A stretch of DNA of 64,000 nucleotides from Longimicrobiales bacterium (GCA_965204735.1 OZ242008.1:416001-480000), one strand, 5' to 3'. Shown: positions 41,995 through 52,603, numbered from the stretch's first letter. Made by a program: numbers and translations. Notes: generated by a model not told the origin, from the letters alone.

Positions 41995-43125
41995 GTGACC
42001 CGAATGACCAGCAAGACCTCGGCGGGGCCGTCAGCGTACTTGCTGGCTGTCTCCGCCGGCTTGGGGCTTCCGCTCTCTGCACAGTCCACTGGACCTGCGC
42101 TGATCCTAGAGGACAGCGTTGTTCTGCAAGAGACGGACGAGCACTTCCTCGGCAGGCCCATGGAGATGTTCATGGGCGACGACGGATCGTTCTTCGTCAT
42201 CGACGCTTTTGCCGAAGCCGTTCTGCGCTTCGACCAGTCCGGGCGGCATATCCGCACGTACGGAAAGCGAGGCAGAGGCCCGGGCGAGTTCTCCCACGTC
42301 GGAATCGGAGGGTTCGCCTCGGAGGTCCTCGGAGTGGCCGACGGGAATCCTCCACGTAATCAGGAGATTGAGTTGTTCGACCTGCAGTCCGGCGAGCATG
42401 TGGGTCGGGTCGGGGCCGCGGGCCTCGTGACGGCGTTGGCGGCACACGACGGCGAACTGTGGGTGGGGACAATCGACCCCGAGACCTGGAAGTCGTTGGC
42501 GGTGAAGCCGCTCGCGGCCCTGCTCGAGGGGTCGACGTCGATTGCGCCGGACCGGCTACCGGTTCCCAAGCCGTATGTGGTCAACGAACTGATCATGGGG
42601 ATGTTGGGAGTCGTGAGGCTGCATGTCGGCGAAGACGACTTGCTTGTGGGGTTCAGTGGCAGCCCGTTCGTGCTGCGAGTGACTCGCGACGGCGAGGTGC
42701 TCGACACCATCCCGTTGCTGGCCGCCGAGCGACGGGGCGTTCCCGGCGAAGACAGCTTCATCGAGTCGATGACACTTGATGAAGAAACTGCCTACGAGGA
42801 ACTCTTCAGCGTGGCATCGACGCTGGTCAACCTGTCCAGGAGCGGCGGCTACGTGTTCACTGTCCACGCGGACGGCGAACTCCACGGCCAGCAAGTGAGC
42901 ACCCGAATGTACGTGAGCAGCCTGAAGGAAGACGGTACGGAGCAGTGCCCCGACACGCCGATTCCCGCGTCCGACGTGGGGCGGGCTATTTCGGTGTTGC
43001 AAGGTTCCAGCCTGTTCGTCCTGGACCAGCGGATCGACGACGGTCCACAGCGTCTCCAGACTGTCGTGCGAAGGTTCACTGTGGACCCTCGCGACTGCAC
43101 CGGCCAAGTCCGCACGCGACGGTGA
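41995..43125 (+). CDS. 6-bladed beta-propeller (NHL/DUF5128-like) secreted protein
   Basis: Signal peptide, FDQSGRHIRTYGKRGRGPGEF motif. Start GTG 41995 or ATG 42004; the listed 41887 start lies inside the promoter. Confidence 0.8.
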   Translation: MTRMTSKTSAGPSAYLLAVSAGLGLPLSAQSTGPALILEDSVVLQETDEHFLGRPMEMFMGDDGSFFVIDAFAEAVLRFDQSGRHIRTYGKRGRGPGEFSHVGIGGFASEVLGVADGNPPRNQEIELFDLQSGEHVGRVGAAGLVTALAAHDGELWVGTIDPETWKSLAVKPLAALLEGSTSIAPDRLPVPKPYVVNELIMGMLGVVRLHVGEDDLLVGFSGSPFVLRVTRDGEVLDTIPLLAAERRGVPGEDSFIESMTLDEETAYEELFSVASTLVNLSRSGGYVFTVHADGELHGQQVSTRMYVSSLKEDGTEQCPDTPIPASDVGRAISVLQGSSLFVLDQRIDDGPQRLQTVVRRFTVDPRDCTGQVRTRR

Positions 43126-45008
43126 AGCAGGTGGGCATCCGACGGCTCGCGACGGCGCTGTGGTTGGCGACGCTGGCCGCTGCGCCCTCCGCAGCCTCCG
43201 GCCAAGTAGTCTTGGGGCGGCTGGTGGAAGCCGGTCAGGGCAACGCCGTGGGCGGCGCCATGGCGGTGCTGGAGGACCGCTCGGGCCGAGGCCGGGCGCA
43301 AGCCCTCACCCGCACCGGCACCGGCCTCTTCCAGCTCGATGCGCCGGCCCCGGGCGAGTACCGAGTCCGAGCCGACCGGATCGGCTACGCGACCACCTAC
43401 TCGGAGTGGTTCCGCCTTGCCGCCGGCGACACCGTGTCGCTGCGCATTGAAGCCCCTTTGGAGGCTGTCTCGCTGAAAGGCGTCGTGGCGGAGGCGGATC
43501 GTCGCTGCCGAGTGCGGCCCCAGGAGGCCATGGCCGTCGGCCGGGTCTGGGAAGAGGCCCGCAAGGCGCTGGCCGCCGCGGCTTGGACCCAGAGCCGAGG
43601 GACGTACGAGTACAAGCTGCTGGGGTTCGTCCGGCAGCTGGACCGGGAGGGTCGCAAGGTCGAGTCGGAGAACCGTGCGCTGGCACAGGGTTGGGCGAAG
43701 GCGCCTTACGTCTCGCGCCCGACCGACTCGCTCACCGCCCACGGCTACGCCCGGGTCACAGGCGAAGGGTCCTGGTTCTGGGCGCCGGACGCCGAAGCCC
43801 TGCTGGCCGACTCGTTTCTTGACACGCACTGCTTCCGCGTCGTGGCGGGCGGCGACGACGCCCCGGGCTTGGTGGGTCTCGCCTTCGAGCCCGTCTCCGG
43901 CCGGTCGGTGCCCGACATAGCGGGTACGATGTGGCTGGACCCGTCCACGGCCCGTCTCCGTCGGCTCGAGTACCGCTACGAGCGGCTGGGCGTACCTCCC
44001 GCACTGCTGGCGGCGGAGCCAGGGGGCGCGGTCCGGTTCCGGGAGCTGCCCAACGGCACGTGGATCGTGGACTCGTGGAGCATCCGGATGTTCCGGGCCG
44101 GCGTCGTCGAGCATCCGCTGACCGGGCGTCCGGCGGCGACTCTCGACGGGGTCACGGTGCAGGGCGGCGAGGTGCTGCGGGTCCACGGACCCGGCGGCGT
44201 GGTCTTCGACGCCGGCCCGGGGCTCCGCATCGCCGGCGTGGTCCGGGACAGCGTAGGGGCCGGACTGGCCGGCGCCCGCGTGTTCGCGCCGGGCGAGGGC
44301 CTCGAAGCGACGACGGGGCCGGACGGCGGCTTCGAGCTGACCCATGTGGGACCGGGCGAGTATCAGGTCTCCTACAGCCACCCCTACCTGGACGAGCTGT
44401 GGTACGCGCCCGATCCCGCCGAAGTGAAGGTGGACGGCGACGGCGACGCCGAGCCGGCCTGGGTGGAGTTCACGGCCCCGGCGACCAGCAAGATCATGAA
44501 GGACGTGTGCCGGGGCATGGACCCTCCTCGGAGCGTGCTGATCGAGGTCTCGGCGCTCGTCCAGCGTTCGGAACTTGCGACGCACGCGGACGAGGATGCC
44601 CCGCCCTGGAAGATCGTGTGGCCCCGCGGCATCCTGATGGGACATGTCCGCGACGCCCAAGGGAAGCCTCTTGCCGACGCCACCGTGCGCGTCCTGTCCC
44701 ACGCCTACGACATGGCGGTTGCCACCAAGTTCGGCAGGGACAACCGCCACCCGGCGAAAGTATTGGAGAAGGAAGGCCAGCGGAGCGGCGTGGTAGTGAC
44801 GACCAACAGCTCGGGGTTCTACCGGGCGTGCTGGGTGCCGACCAACACGCCGCTGCGGGTTGCGGTGTTGGACGACGACGAGACGCTGGTCCCGGGGCAG
44901 GAAGACGAAGGACGGCTGATGGCGAACGTGGTCGCCGTCACCGAGCGAGTGATCACGATCTCCCTCCAGGAACCCCATGTGACGCTGGACTTGGGCAACG
45001 AGCGGTGA
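43122..45008 (+). CDS. Carboxypeptidase-regulatory-like (CarboxypepD_reg) multi-domain secreted protein
   Basis: GTG overlaps upstream stop. Signal peptide, three prealbumin-like repeats (GEYRVRADRIGY, IAGVVRDSVGAGLAGARV, GHVRDAQGKPLADATV), APDAEALLADSFLDTHCF. Confidence 0.8.
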   Translation: MKQVGIRRLATALWLATLAAAPSAASGQVVLGRLVEAGQGNAVGGAMAVLEDRSGRGRAQALTRTGTGLFQLDAPAPGEYRVRADRIGYATTYSEWFRLAAGDTVSLRIEAPLEAVSLKGVVAEADRRCRVRPQEAMAVGRVWEEARKALAAAAWTQSRGTYEYKLLGFVRQLDREGRKVESENRALAQGWAKAPYVSRPTDSLTAHGYARVTGEGSWFWAPDAEALLADSFLDTHCFRVVAGGDDAPGLVGLAFEPVSGRSVPDIAGTMWLDPSTARLRRLEYRYERLGVPPALLAAEPGGAVRFRELPNGTWIVDSWSIRMFRAGVVEHPLTGRPAATLDGVTVQGGEVLRVHGPGGVVFDAGPGLRIAGVVRDSVGAGLAGARVFAPGEGLEATTGPDGGFELTHVGPGEYQVSYSHPYLDELWYAPDPAEVKVDGDGDAEPAWVEFTAPATSKIMKDVCRGMDPPRSVLIEVSALVQRSELATHADEDAPPWKIVWPRGILMGHVRDAQGKPLADATVRVLSHAYDMAVATKFGRDNRHPAKVLEKEGQRSGVVVTTNSSGFYRACWVPTNTPLRVAVLDDDETLVPGQEDEGRLMANVVAVTERVITISLQEPHVTLDLGNER

Positions 45009-46060
45009 CGGCGTGCGCGGTGAGCCTCGTCTTCGCGTCCACCGTTGCAGGACAGCCGGTCGGCGAGGTCTCGGGCGAGGTCTCCTGTCTCGATTGCCGA
45101 ATCACAATGGACACGGTCCTGACCCTTGAGGGATTCGACGGGCCTGGCAGCCATCTCGTCGACGACGCCTCGCGGGTCCTTGTGGACCATCGGGGACGGA
45201 TCCTCGTGACGACCACTCCGAGCCACGAGATTGCCGTCTTCGGTGCGGACGGGAGGTTTCTGCGCGAGATCGGCGGGGCGGGCGAGGGGCCGGGAGAGTA
45301 CATGGGAATCGCAGAGATCCACGTCGGCCCGAAGTATGTTCATGTGTTCGACATCAGCGGTCGCACCTTGCTGGACCCAGACCACGGCTTCGTCCGAAGA
45401 GACGGCTTTTGGGCTCAGAGCGGCTCGGCGACGGTCACGCAATCGGAGACGGTCGTCTTCGCGGGCGAGGTTCCCACGTCCGAGTCCTTCGGACACCACC
45501 TTCACATCCTGGACGAGGACGGCGCTCTGCGTTCGTACGGATGGGACGGGCGGGAAGCTCGCGGTCCAACGTGGCGATGGTTTGCAGTAGCGGCGAACGA
45601 CACCATGGCATGGATTGCCGATGCCCGTTCCGGCCGGATGGAGATGTGGGCTCTCGTCCCCGTGCCGAAGCTGTCCCGGATCTTGTATCGGAACTTCGAG
45701 GAGTTCGACCGGGAGGCGTCGGCGGGTCCGCTGTGGCCCGGCACCTTCAACATTCGCGCGCGCCTCGACGACCACGGGCTCTGGATTCTCTGGGGAGCCC
45801 CGGATCCCGATTGGTCGCTGCGCACCCGCGACCCGGAAACTGCGGAACAATGGTACCTCGAGGCGCCCGTGCAGGCGATTGAGGACGGGGTGCTGGACCT
45901 GATCGACCCGGCGACAGGACGGACTCTGGCCCGCCACCGCAGCGACCTGCCGCTGCCGGGGTTCGTCGACGGTTCGGACATGGTGACCGCCTACGAAGAG
46001 ACGAAGGCGGGCGTTCCCCGGCTTCACCTGTTGCGGCCGAACGTGCACGTCCGCTTCTAG
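45005..46060 (+). CDS. 6-bladed beta-propeller protein
   Basis: C-terminal part of ORF 43931..46060; GTGA coupling; FGADGRFLREIGGAGEGPGEY. Confidence 0.75.
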   Translation: MTACAVSLVFASTVAGQPVGEVSGEVSCLDCRITMDTVLTLEGFDGPGSHLVDDASRVLVDHRGRILVTTTPSHEIAVFGADGRFLREIGGAGEGPGEYMGIAEIHVGPKYVHVFDISGRTLLDPDHGFVRRDGFWAQSGSATVTQSETVVFAGEVPTSESFGHHLHILDEDGALRSYGWDGREARGPTWRWFAVAANDTMAWIADARSGRMEMWALVPVPKLSRILYRNFEEFDREASAGPLWPGTFNIRARLDDHGLWILWGAPDPDWSLRTRDPETAEQWYLEAPVQAIEDGVLDLIDPATGRTLARHRSDLPLPGFVDGSDMVTAYEETKAGVPRLHLLRPNVHVRF

Positions 46061-46088
46061 CTGGGAGGACCGTCTGCGCTTGGGCGCC

Positions 46089-47006
46089 TCACGGCGGTCC
46101 CGGCGACGACCCGCCGGAGATCGCCAGCCGGCGGCTGCGGTACGTTGCCGAGCCGACGACGCCGTACCCGTTCCGCACGTTCTGGACGGGGTGGACTGCG
46201 TGCAGGTTGCCCCGGCTGCCAGTGGTCAGATACGCGTACAGGTGTCTGTCCATGGCGCCGACGTCCAGCATGGGACCCGGTCCCGCGCTGTCCACGGCCA
46301 AGTCGGGCACGTCGCCGGTGAAAGCTGGTTCATCCACGTCGGCGTACCAAGTCTCGACGCAGTTGATGCAGAATGCATGGCGCCGCCTGATCGCCACGAA
46401 GTAGCGATGAGCTGCAGTCGCGGGCGTCCAGCCGGCGGCCAGCGCATACGAGCCTCGGTTGCCCGAGAGGGACGCAACTTCGACTGCAAAGTTGCCGACC
46501 ACCGTCGTCTCGCCCGAGGCGGGAAGGCGGCCCTCTGCGGTCGCCTCGACCCGGTATGTGGCGCCCACCTCCAGCTTGGCTTCCGGCGTCATGCAGTACC
46601 TGCCGAAATCGCCGGGGCGGGCGACTACTCCGAAAGACTTCGCAGCCCACCCGTCGTTGTCGCGAATGCACTGCTTGTAGTCGGTCATGACCACGCCGGC
46701 CGCGGCGGCTCGTGCGGCGTCCCACTCGGCGACCAAGGTCCATTCGGGGCCGCCGGAAGCGGTGTTGCGACGATGGATCGTCACTCGGACGCCGGAGAGG
46801 TGGGGACGGGAGTAGTGGTCGGCCGCTGCCACTTCGATCACTTGGCGCGCCGAGTCGGCGTCGAGCACGGCGAACACGAACAGTCGGTCGTTGAGCGTCT
46901 CGGGGAAGTCGCTGGGCGCCGTGGGTTCGCCGCACGAACCCAGCAGAACCGTCGCAGCGGCAAAAACGGCAACGGCCTCAAGCCGGAAGGGCTGCTTCTT
47001 GGACAT
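46089..47006 (-). CDS. Lipoprotein partner of TonB receptor (DUF4249-like), copy 1
   Basis: LLGSC lipobox, VFAVLDADSARQVIEV, NVRNGYGVVGS C-terminal motif. Confidence 0.75.
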   Translation of the reverse strand: MSKKQPFRLEAVAVFAAATVLLGSCGEPTAPSDFPETLNDRLFVFAVLDADSARQVIEVAAADHYSRPHLSGVRVTIHRRNTASGGPEWTLVAEWDAARAAAAGVVMTDYKQCIRDNDGWAAKSFGVVARPGDFGRYCMTPEAKLEVGATYRVEATAEGRLPASGETTVVGNFAVEVASLSGNRGSYALAAGWTPATAAHRYFVAIRRRHAFCINCVETWYADVDEPAFTGDVPDLAVDSAGPGPMLDVGAMDRHLYAYLTTGSRGNLHAVHPVQNVRNGYGVVGSATYRSRRLAISGGSSPGPP

Positions 47007-47025
47007 GGTGCGCCTCATGCGTTTT

Positions 47026-49319
47026 CTAGAACCGAAAGTCGATTCCGATGGAAGGGGAAAGGGGCATCTGCCTGCCCGGCTTGAAGGTGTAGGGTTCGTC
47101 GAGTTCGGTGAAGCCGGTGAAGTTGTACCGAAGGACGTTCTTCCTGTTGCCCGCGTTCACGACCGACAAGTAGGGAATCAGCTTCCAGGAACCCCAGCGA
47201 AAGGCGCGTCGCACCGACAGATCGAGGCGCGCGTAGACCGGAAGCCGTCCCTGTGCGTCCGACCAGATGATCATCACGTCCAGCTCGGTCAGGTACGATC
47301 CGAACGGATCTTCCTGGAGCAGCTGCTCGGGACCGAAGCGAAGCGCGTCGTACGCTCCAGCCGGGAACCAGAACGGTCCGCCGGTGCCCACTATGGTCCG
47401 GAACGACGCCTCGACGCCGCCGGCAGGTCGGTCGCCAGCAACCCGTCGAACTCGTGGCGTCGGTCCCACTGGGGAGCGTACTCCGCCCCGGAGGAGTCGA
47501 TGAACGCCGACTGCGCCCACTGGTACGACAGCCAGCCCCGCACCCGGCCCGAGTGCCGCTGCACCATGACTTCGAGGCCCCGCGCCCTGCCGTCGTGAAG
47601 CTCGACGCCGGAAGGGTCGCGCGAGAGGACCGGACGCCAGTGGGGCACCGACCTGAACCGCCGAGTCCAGACCCCCACCGACGCCGTCCACTCCTCGCCC
47701 CGCCAAGTGTCCACCGACACGCTGGTGCCGTCCGCCGCGCTGACGGGCGCGTCCCGGCCGTGCAGGAACCACATCGGAGCGCCCGGCTCCAGGGAGTAGG
47801 CGTCCCGCAGGACCGAGAGGAACTGGTACGTCCGGTCCACGCTGGCGCTCACCGCGAACGCGGAGGTCCGCAGCCGGACCGAGAACCGAGGCTCCAGGAA
47901 GCTGCGCCCGGAGCGGCGCTCGCTGCCGGCCCGAACGCCCGGCGCGATCCGAAGTGGCCCGGCCCAGCCCTCCAGCTCGGCGAACACGGAGAGGTGCTGG
48001 TAGGAGTCGGAGAGGTCGCCGTCCACGTAGCCGCCGATGCCGCCCGTGGTCCGCAGGGTCACCGGACCCGCCTCGAAGGCGACGCCGGCACGTCCTCCGA
48101 AGCGGTCGCCCCGGAGGGTGACCCCTGCGCGGAGTCCCGTCGCCGAGATGCGGTTCGTCGTCACGGGCGAGGTGGAGGTGCCCCCGCTGGTCCGCTCGCT
48201 GTCGTAGCGGCTGTAGTACGCGGTCACGTCGCTGGACATCCGGTGATCCGGCACCCACGACCAAGTGGCCGAAGTCGCCAGGTTCGCCCACTCGGAGGTG
48301 AACGAGTACTGGGTTCCGGACGACGAGAGGTCCCAGTCGAACACATCGTCCGATGCGAAGATCGAGAGGTGCAGCCGGTGCTCGTCCGCCGGATGGGCTT
48401 CGAGCCCGAAGTTCAGGTCGTGGAAGGAATACGGAACGTCGATCGTCGCAACGTCCACGAAGGCCTTCCGTCCGGCGGCCAGCCAGCGGAGTCCGCCCCA
48501 CGGCGCGCTCCCGTCGGCGGCGAACCGGACGCCCAGCAGGCTGACGCCGCCAGCGAAGTGGGTGTCGTCGGCGCTTCCCGTCTTCTGGCGGGCCGCCACC
48601 ACGCCGGAGAGCGCGCCGCCGTAGCGGGCGGGGATCGAGCCCCTGTAGAACTCGGTGGACTCGACGGCGTCGGCGTTGAAGGCGCCGAAGAGGCCGAACA
48701 TGTGGTACGGCGCGAAGACGGGCGCCCCGTCGATCAGCACGGCGACTTGGTCGCTGCCGCCGCCTCGCACGAAGAGCTCGCCGGAGTAGTCGTTGACGTT
48801 GGCGACGCCGGGGAGCGCCTGGAGGCTGCGAAGGACGTCGGTCGCGACCAACGGCGGCACGGCCTTGATCTCGGCCTGGGTCATCCCGACGGCTCCGACG
48901 GCGACCTCCCGGTCGAAGAGGCGTCGGTGCAGCTTGATGGAGGTCATGCGGCGCTCGGCCTCGACGGTGAGCGGCGGCAGTTCGACGGCGGAGCGTTCAA
49001 GGGCGAGCACGACGACACCGCCCGCCTTCGGGACGGCGACGAGCGTGTCCAAGTCGGCATAGCCCAGGCGCCGGGCGACGACGCGCACGGCGTGGCCTTC
49101 TCCATGTCCGTCCACGAGCCCTCGGTCGTTGGTGACCCCTCCCGCGCGGTGTTCCGGGAAGTCCACGAGGACGCCGCTCACCGGCTCGCCGCTGGGCCGG
49201 TCGACGGTTCGGACCGCCCAAGCCCTCGAGTCGGGAGCCTGGGCGGCGAACGTGGGGCACGGCGGGGCCGAGCTCGCCAGGGCGGCCAGCGCGGCGACGA
49301 AGACACTGGCGCGTCTCAT
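47026..49319 (-). pseudogene. TonB-dependent receptor copy 1, one-base deletion at ~47422 (real or sequencing error)
   Basis: ORF 47391..49319 plus the tail of ORF 47026..48501. Plus strand GCCGCCGGCAGG here versus GCCGCCGGGCAGG in the intact copy. Confidence 0.85.
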
Positions 49320-49345
49320 GGGAATCTCCTATGCGCTTCGGCGCC

Positions 49346-50257
49346 TCACGGCGGTCCCGGCGACGCCCCGCCGGAGATCGTCAGCCGGCGGCTGCGGTAC
49401 GTTGCCGAGCCGACGACGCCGTACCCGTTCCGCACGTTCTGGACGGGGTGCACCTCGTGCAGGTTGCCCCTGTTGCCGGTGGTCAGGTATGTGTATAGGT
49501 GCCGATCCATTGCGACGACATCCAGCATGGGGTCCGGTCCTGCGCTGTCGACGGCCAGATCGGGCACCTTGCCCGCGAATCCCGGTTCGTCCACGTCGGC
49601 GTACCAAGTCTCGACGCAGTTCATGCAGGACCGATAGCGTCGCCTGACGGCCACGAAGTACCGGTGCGCCTCGGTGCTCGGCGTCCATCCGGCGGAGAGC
49701 GCGTACGAGCCTCGGTCGCCCGAGAGGGCCGCGACCTCGACTGCGAAGTCGCCGACCACCGTCGTCACCCCCGAAGCGGGAAGGCGGCCGTCCGCGGTCG
49801 CTTGGACCCGGTACGTGGCGCCCACCTCCAGCTGGGCTTCCGGCGTCATGCAGTACCTGCCGTCGCCTGACCAGTTGATGTCTCCGAGAGACTTCTCGGC
49901 CCACCCGTCATGGTGGCGACGGCACTGCTCGTAGTCGGTCATGGACACGCCGGCGCCGGCGGCGCGCGCACTGTCCCACTCGGCGATCAGGGTCCACTCG
50001 GGTTCGCCGGGAGCGGTGTTGCGGCTATGGATCGTCACTCGGAGCTCGGAGAGGTAGGGGCGGGCAAAGTGGTCTGCCCCCGCCACCTCGATGACCTGGC
50101 GCGCCGAGTCGGCATCAAGCACGGCGAACACGATCAGTCGGTCGTTGAGGGCCTCGGGGAAGTGGCTGGGCGCCGCCGGGCTGCCGCACGAGCCCGGAAG
50201 CGTCGCGACCGCAAGAGCCGTTGCGGCCGACAGCGGGGAGAGCTTTGTCGTCGACAT
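49346..50257 (-). CDS. Lipoprotein partner of TonB receptor (DUF4249-like), copy 2
   Basis: C-terminal part of ORF 49346..52519 from MSTTKL; LPGSC lipobox; colinear with copy 1. Confidence 0.75.
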   Translation of the reverse strand: MSTTKLSPLSAATALAVATLPGSCGSPAAPSHFPEALNDRLIVFAVLDADSARQVIEVAGADHFARPYLSELRVTIHSRNTAPGEPEWTLIAEWDSARAAGAGVSMTDYEQCRRHHDGWAEKSLGDINWSGDGRYCMTPEAQLEVGATYRVQATADGRLPASGVTTVVGDFAVEVAALSGDRGSYALSAGWTPSTEAHRYFVAVRRRYRSCMNCVETWYADVDEPGFAGKVPDLAVDSAGPDPMLDVVAMDRHLYTYLTTGNRGNLHEVHPVQNVRNGYGVVGSATYRSRRLTISGGASPGPP

Positions 50258-50274
50258 GGTTGGCCTCGTGCTTT

Positions 50275-52578
50275 CTAGAACCGAAAGTCGATTCCGATGG
50301 AAGGGAAGCGGGGCATCTGCCTGCCGGGCCCGAATTCGTAGGGCTTGTCGGGGCCGGTGAAGACCGTGAAGGGGTACTGAACGACGTTCTCCCGGTTCCC
50401 TGCGTTCACCACGGAGATGTAGGGGACCAACTCCCAGGAACCCCAGCGAAACGCACGTCGCACCGACAGATCGAGGCGAGCGTACACCGGAAGCCTCCCC
50501 TGCTTGTCCGACCAGATCGTCATCAGGTCGGAAGTCGTCAGGTACTTGCCATAGCGCAGCTGCTCGATCCCGTTGATACGTTGCACCGCACTGAAGCGCA
50601 GCGCTTCGTACTTGCCGGCCGGGAACCAGAACGGTCCGCCGGTGCCCACCGTGGTCCGGAACGACGCCTCGACGCCGCCGGGCAGGTCGGTCGCCAGCAG
50701 CCCGTCGAACTCGTGGCGTCGGTCCCACTGGGGAGCGTACTCCACCCCGGAGGCGTCGCTGAACGCCGTCCGCGCCCACTGGTACGACAGCCAGCCCCGC
50801 ACCCGGCCCGAGTGCCGCTGCACCATGACTTCGAGGCCCCGCGCCCCGCCGTCGTGAAGCTCTACGCCGGCGGGGTCCCGCGAGAGGACCGGACGCCAGT
50901 GGGGCACCGACCTGAACCGCCGAGTCCAGACCCCCACCGACGCCGTCCACTCCTCGCCCCGCCAAGTGTCCACCGACACGCTGGCGCCGTCCGCCGCGCT
51001 GACGGGCGTCTTCCGCCCATGCAGGAACCACATCGGGGCGCCCGGCTCGAGGGAGTGGGCGTCCCGCAGCACCGAGAGGAACTGGTACGTCCGGTCCACG
51101 CTGGCGCTCACCGCGAACGCGGAGGTCCGCAGCCGGACCGAGAACCGGGGCTCCAGGAAGTTGCGCCCGGAGCGCCGCTCGCTGCCGGCCCGAACGCCCG
51201 GCGCGATCCGAAGCGGACCGGCCCAGCCCTCCAGCTCGGCGAACGCGGAGAGGTGCTGGTAGGAGTCGGAGAGGTCGCCGTCCACGTAGCCGCCGATGCC
51301 GCCCGTGGTCCGCAGCGTCACCGGACCCGCCTCGAAGGCGACGCCGGCGCGTCCTCCGAAGCGGTCGCCCCGAAGGGTGACGCCTGCGCGGAGTCCCGTC
51401 GCCGAGATGCGGTTCGTCGTCACGGGCGAGGTGGAGGTGCCCCCGCTGGTCCGCTCGCTGTCGTAGCGGCTGTAGTACGCGGTCACGTCGCTGGACATCC
51501 GGTGATCCGGCACCCACGACCAAGTGGCCGAAGTCGCCAGGTTCGCCCACTCGGAGGTGAACGAGTACTGGGTGCCGGACGAGGCCATGTCCCAGTCGAA
51601 CACGTCGTCCGACGCGAAGACGGAGAGGCGCAGGCGGTGCTCGTCCGCCGGATGGGCTTCGAGCCCGAAGTTCAGGTCGTGGAAGGAATACGGAACGTCG
51701 ATCGTCGCAACGTTCACGAAGGCCTTCCGGCCGGCGGCCAGCCAGCGGAGTCCGCCCCACGGCGCGTTGCCGTCGGCGACGAACCGGACGCCCAGCACGC
51801 TGACGCCGCCGGCGAAGTGGGTGTCGTCGGCGCTTCCCGTCTTCTGGCGGGCCGCCACCACGCCGGAGAGCGCGCCGCCGTAGCGGGCGGGGATCGAGCC
51901 CCTGTAAAACTCGGTGGACTCGACGGCGTCGGCGTTGAAGGCGCCGAAGAGGCCGAACATGTGGTACGGCGCGAAGACGGGCGCGCCGTCGATCAGCACG
52001 GCGACTTGGTCGCTGCCGCCGCCCCGCACGAAGAGCTCGCCGGAGTAGTCGTTGACGTTGGCGACGCCGGGGAGCGCCTGGAGGCTGCGGAGGACGTCGG
52101 TCGCGACCAGCGGCGGCACGGCTTTGATCTCGGCCTGGGTCATCCCGACGGCTCCGACGGCGACCTCGCGGTCGAAGAGGCGTCGGTGCAGCTTGATGGA
52201 GGTCATGCGGCGCTCGGCCTCGACGGTGAGCGGCGGCAGCTCGACGGCGGAGCGTTCGAGGGCGAGCACGACGACACCGCCTGCCTTCGGGACGGCGACG
52301 AGCGTGTCCAAGTCGGCGTAGCCCAACCGCCGGGCGACGACGCGGACGGCGTGGCCTTCTCCATGTCCATCCACGAGCCCCCGGTCGTTGGTGACCCCGC
52401 CCGCGCGGTGTTCCGGGAAGTCCACGAGGACGCCGCTCACCGGCTCGCCGCTGGGCCGGTCGACGGTTCGGACCGCCCAGGCCCCCGAGTCGGGAGCCTG
52501 GGCGGCGAACGTGGGGCACGGCGGGGCCGAGCTCGCCAGGGCGGCCAGCGCGGCGACGAAGATGCTGGTGCGTTTCAT
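50275..52578 (-). CDS. TonB-dependent receptor copy 2 (intact)
   Basis: Plug motifs DVLRSLQALPGV, VRGGGSDQ, ARYGGALSGV; EPRFS; ends IGIDFRF. Confidence 0.9.
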   Translation of the reverse strand: MKRTSIFVAALAALASSAPPCPTFAAQAPDSGAWAVRTVDRPSGEPVSGVLVDFPEHRAGGVTNDRGLVDGHGEGHAVRVVARRLGYADLDTLVAVPKAGGVVVLALERSAVELPPLTVEAERRMTSIKLHRRLFDREVAVGAVGMTQAEIKAVPPLVATDVLRSLQALPGVANVNDYSGELFVRGGGSDQVAVLIDGAPVFAPYHMFGLFGAFNADAVESTEFYRGSIPARYGGALSGVVAARQKTGSADDTHFAGGVSVLGVRFVADGNAPWGGLRWLAAGRKAFVNVATIDVPYSFHDLNFGLEAHPADEHRLRLSVFASDDVFDWDMASSGTQYSFTSEWANLATSATWSWVPDHRMSSDVTAYYSRYDSERTSGGTSTSPVTTNRISATGLRAGVTLRGDRFGGRAGVAFEAGPVTLRTTGGIGGYVDGDLSDSYQHLSAFAELEGWAGPLRIAPGVRAGSERRSGRNFLEPRFSVRLRTSAFAVSASVDRTYQFLSVLRDAHSLEPGAPMWFLHGRKTPVSAADGASVSVDTWRGEEWTASVGVWTRRFRSVPHWRPVLSRDPAGVELHDGGARGLEVMVQRHSGRVRGWLSYQWARTAFSDASGVEYAPQWDRRHEFDGLLATDLPGGVEASFRTTVGTGGPFWFPAGKYEALRFSAVQRINGIEQLRYGKYLTTSDLMTIWSDKQGRLPVYARLDLSVRRAFRWGSWELVPYISVVNAGNRENVVQYPFTVFTGPDKPYEFGPGRQMPRFPSIGIDFRF

Positions 52579-52603
52579 CGGAGTTCTCCTATGGGCGTCC
52601 AGA

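Larger units (their letters stand above)
46083..52592. repeat. Direct tandem duplication, ~3.26 kb unit (TonB receptor + lipoprotein)
   Basis: GGCGCCTCACGGCGGTCCCGGCGAC at 46083 and 49340; near-identical receptor N-termini; shared CTCCTATG upstream at ~49326 and ~52586. Confidence 0.95.
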
